DNA of 64,000 nucleotides from a virus (Duplodnaviria; Heunggongvirae; Uroviricota; Caudoviricetes): IMG/VR virus record IMGVR_UViG_2875713109_000001; one strand, 5' to 3'. Shown piece by piece: positions 59,390 to 64,000 of this stretch (position 1 is its first letter; each line of letters starts with the position of its first letter). The notes under the pieces were generated by a model. It saw only the letters and a program-made list of their open reading frames with translations, ran no database searches and was not told where the DNA came from. The position numbers and the translations under genes were made by a program.

Positions 59390-60754
59390 ATGTCTGCATC
59401 CCCTCTTGAATCCATGCCAAATTCCCTTAGTGCAGAACAAGCTGTACTTGGTGGCTTAATGCTTGATAACTGCCGCTGGGATGAAGTTGCAGATCGTATA
59501 GTTGCTGATGATTTTTATACCAGTGCTCATCGTGAAATTTTCAGTGAGATGGAGAGGTTATTAAGTCATGGCAAACCGATTGATTTGATAACACTTGCTG
59601 AAGCACTTGAACAGAACGGTAAATTAGAACGCGCCGGTGGTTTTGCGTACCTTGCGGAGATGTCAAAGAACACGCCCAGCGCGGCAAATATTTGTGCTTA
59701 TGCGGATATCGTTCGTGAACGCGCGGTTGTTCGTGAAATGATTTCCGTCGCAAATGAAATAGCCGAAGCTGGATATGCGCAGGATGGCAGGGGCAGCAAT
59801 GAATTGCTAGATATGGCCGAGCGCCGCGTTTTTGAAATAGCTGAAAAACGACAAAAGAGCGGTAGTGGTCCAAAAGATATCGCCAGCATTCTCGATGCAA
59901 CGGTATCTCGCATAGAAGAGTTGTTTCAGCGACCACATGATGGTGTAACGGGGCTTGATACGGGATTTACCGATCTCAATAAGAAGACGGCAGGGCTTCA
60001 GCCGTCCGATCTCATCATTGTCGCCGCCCGCCCATCTATGGGGAAGACCACGTTTGCGATGAATCTCGTCGAAAATGCCGCAGTTCGTAACGATAAGCCC
60101 GTATTGGTTTTTAGCCTTGAGATGCCGAGCCACCAGCTGATGATGCGCTCACTGGCTTCTCTTGCACGCGTTGATCAGACTCGTATTCGGACAGGGCAAC
60201 TTAACGACGAGGATTGGGCGCGGGTTTCTGGCGCAATGGGTATTCTGTTGGACAAGCAGAATATTTTTATTGATGACTCAAGCGCCCTGACACCTACAGA
60301 GCTTCGTTCCCGCGCTCGTCGTGTTTATAAAGAAAATGGTGGTTTGAGCATGATTATGATCGACTACCTGCAACTTATGCGCGTCCCCGAGCTGCAAGAT
60401 AACCGAACGCTGGAAATTGCCGAGATTTCTCGCTCACTGAAGGCGTTGGCGAAGGAATTACAAGTACCGGTGGTGGCATTGTCACAACTTAATCGATCGC
60501 TTGAACAGCGTGCGGACAAACGACCGGTAAATTCAGATTTACGTGAATCAGGAGCAATTGAGCAGGACGCAGACCTGATCATGTTTCTGTATCGCGACGA
60601 AGTTTATCACCCGGATAGCGAAATGAAGGGCATTGCCGAGGTAATTATCGGAAAGCAACGAAATGGCCCAATTGGCACGGTGAGATTGGCTTTTAACGGC
60701 CAATACTCACGGTTTGATAACTATGCTGGTGCTGACTGGCAAGAGGATTATTAA
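59390..60754 (+). CDS. ban: DnaB-family replicative helicase
   Basis: Walker A ARPSMGKTTFAMN; DnaB N-terminal domain; ATG with SD GGAG. Confidence 0.9.
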   Translation: MSASPLESMPNSLSAEQAVLGGLMLDNCRWDEVADRIVADDFYTSAHREIFSEMERLLSHGKPIDLITLAEALEQNGKLERAGGFAYLAEMSKNTPSAANICAYADIVRERAVVREMISVANEIAEAGYAQDGRGSNELLDMAERRVFEIAEKRQKSGSGPKDIASILDATVSRIEELFQRPHDGVTGLDTGFTDLNKKTAGLQPSDLIIVAARPSMGKTTFAMNLVENAAVRNDKPVLVFSLEMPSHQLMMRSLASLARVDQTRIRTGQLNDEDWARVSGAMGILLDKQNIFIDDSSALTPTELRSRARRVYKENGGLSMIMIDYLQLMRVPELQDNRTLEIAEISRSLKALAKELQVPVVALSQLNRSLEQRADKRPVNSDLRESGAIEQDADLIMFLYRDEVYHPDSEMKGIAEVIIGKQRNGPIGTVRLAFNGQYSRFDNYAGADWQEDY

Positions 60755-61752
60755 TGCAATGGAATGAGGAAAAGCCGATGAACATCCTGATCATTGGGCG
60801 AAAATTTGAAGCTATCAGTGATGTGAAAACATATACGGAAATGTGGGCTTATAACCTGGCCTGCGCCTTTAGTGAGGCAGGGGTAACATTGCAATACCAT
60901 CGTCCATATTCCCCTGGCGTCGAAAGCCCGGAGGATTATGTTGAAGCTGTGTTGACTGCTGCGACCGCATGTTCTGCGAAGGCCATTTTGGCACCAGGAT
61001 TGAGGTATTTTACTACGGTACCCAGGGAAATAGGCATGCAACTGTGTCGCCGATTCTCTGGATGGGTAGCCCAGGTATATGACGGTTCTATGCTGGATTC
61101 GGCACCAGTCGATATTACTTTTACTGTCCGCGATGATACCTGGCGGTACCTGGATAATCCCGGCAGGTTAGAGCGTCATAATCGTTTTAACAAACATGTT
61201 GGATGGGCAGCGAATCAGGAGCTGTTCCATCTGGAAACCAAAACAGACGATATTCTGCGTATTTTTGTAGACCACGCTGCATTTGATGTTAGTGGTTTTG
61301 ATCACTCCTTAAGTATCCTTATGAACCTTCAGCGTCTGACCGTTCCGTATGAGGCCAGAACGTTGACTGATGACGGATTGGTTACCATTGATCCGGGGAA
61401 TATTTCGGTAACTCCATACAGGCGGACGCCGGTGCCAGCAACCGAATTTGCAGCTGAATTGCGTAAGAGTGACGTTTTTATCGTTACGCATCCCGAAAGC
61501 CTTGGATTAACTGTTCTTGAGGCGGCAATGTGTGGAGCGTTGATATTAACTCCGCCCGATTGCCTTCCGCCGGATCGCCTGGAGTTGGTGAACCATATGG
61601 TTATCAAGTCGCGGATTGATTGGGATGAGGTTATTGCTCGCGTTGATCGCGTGAAAAATGCTGAAAAGGTCCAGTGTCACACCTGGTCGGCAATTGCGGA
61701 AAAGATGCTTGAGACGTTTATCACGCAGAAACCGTCGCGCGGTAACGGATAA
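60754..61752 (+). CDS. hypothetical protein, possibly glycosyltransferase-like
   Basis: ATG overlaps ban stop (TAATG); C-terminal LTVLEAAMCGALILTPPD resembles GT-B donor-binding region; weak. Confidence 0.4.
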   Translation: MQWNEEKPMNILIIGRKFEAISDVKTYTEMWAYNLACAFSEAGVTLQYHRPYSPGVESPEDYVEAVLTAATACSAKAILAPGLRYFTTVPREIGMQLCRRFSGWVAQVYDGSMLDSAPVDITFTVRDDTWRYLDNPGRLERHNRFNKHVGWAANQELFHLETKTDDILRIFVDHAAFDVSGFDHSLSILMNLQRLTVPYEARTLTDDGLVTIDPGNISVTPYRRTPVPATEFAAELRKSDVFIVTHPESLGLTVLEAAMCGALILTPPDCLPPDRLELVNHMVIKSRIDWDEVIARVDRVKNAEKVQCHTWSAIAEKMLETFITQKPSRGNG

Positions 61753-61775
61753 AAAATTGAACCCGTCATAACAGA

Positions 61776-61798
61776 AAAGCCCGATCGCCGGGCTTTTC

Positions 61799-61800
<2 letters not shown>
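61776..61800. terminator. bidirectional terminator AGCCCG-atcgc-CGGGCT-TTTCTT
   Basis: Between convergent units; A-run before, T-run after. Confidence 0.55.
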
Positions 61801-63993
<2,193 letters not shown>

Positions 63994-64000
63994 ATCACTA

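Overview
This 64-kb window reads as one contiguous stretch of a P1-like temperate phage-plasmid of Enterobacteriaceae. No database search was possible: calls rest on motifs read from the sequence plus remembered P1 gene order and sizes, so names given 'by synteny' are provisional, and non-CDS coordinates are approximate (+/- 2 nt). Backbone in order: partial darB (methyltransferase-helicase, minus strand, runs off the left edge); prt-pro head genes; SAR endolysin lyz; ssb; the darA operon with lydA/lydB; a decayed cin invertase beside a single fixed tail-fibre set (U, S, R); baseplate genes and a tape measure with a lytic transglycosylase domain; the immI region (C1 operator, c4-like RNA, icd, ant), kilA, repL; tube, sheath and major capsid; parS-parB-parA; the P1-type replicon (repA between 9 incA and 5 incC iterons, GATC-rich origin with DnaA boxes); rdgC-like gene and bifunctional Dmt; tRNA-Asn, tRNA-Thr, tRNA-Ile(CAT); ban helicase. 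No rRNA, CRISPR array or IS element was seen. The best candidates for something undescribed are AT-rich, rare-codon cassettes inserted into this conserved backbone: a translationally coupled two-gene cassette at 39.6-40.8 kb, a terminator-bracketed HipA-like kinase at 11.6-12.9 kb, and two exported proteins at the P1 sim position. A family of tRNA-like hairpin elements with stem covariation at 56.8-57.8 kb and an overlapped spanin-like pair next to the origin are also worth follow-up.
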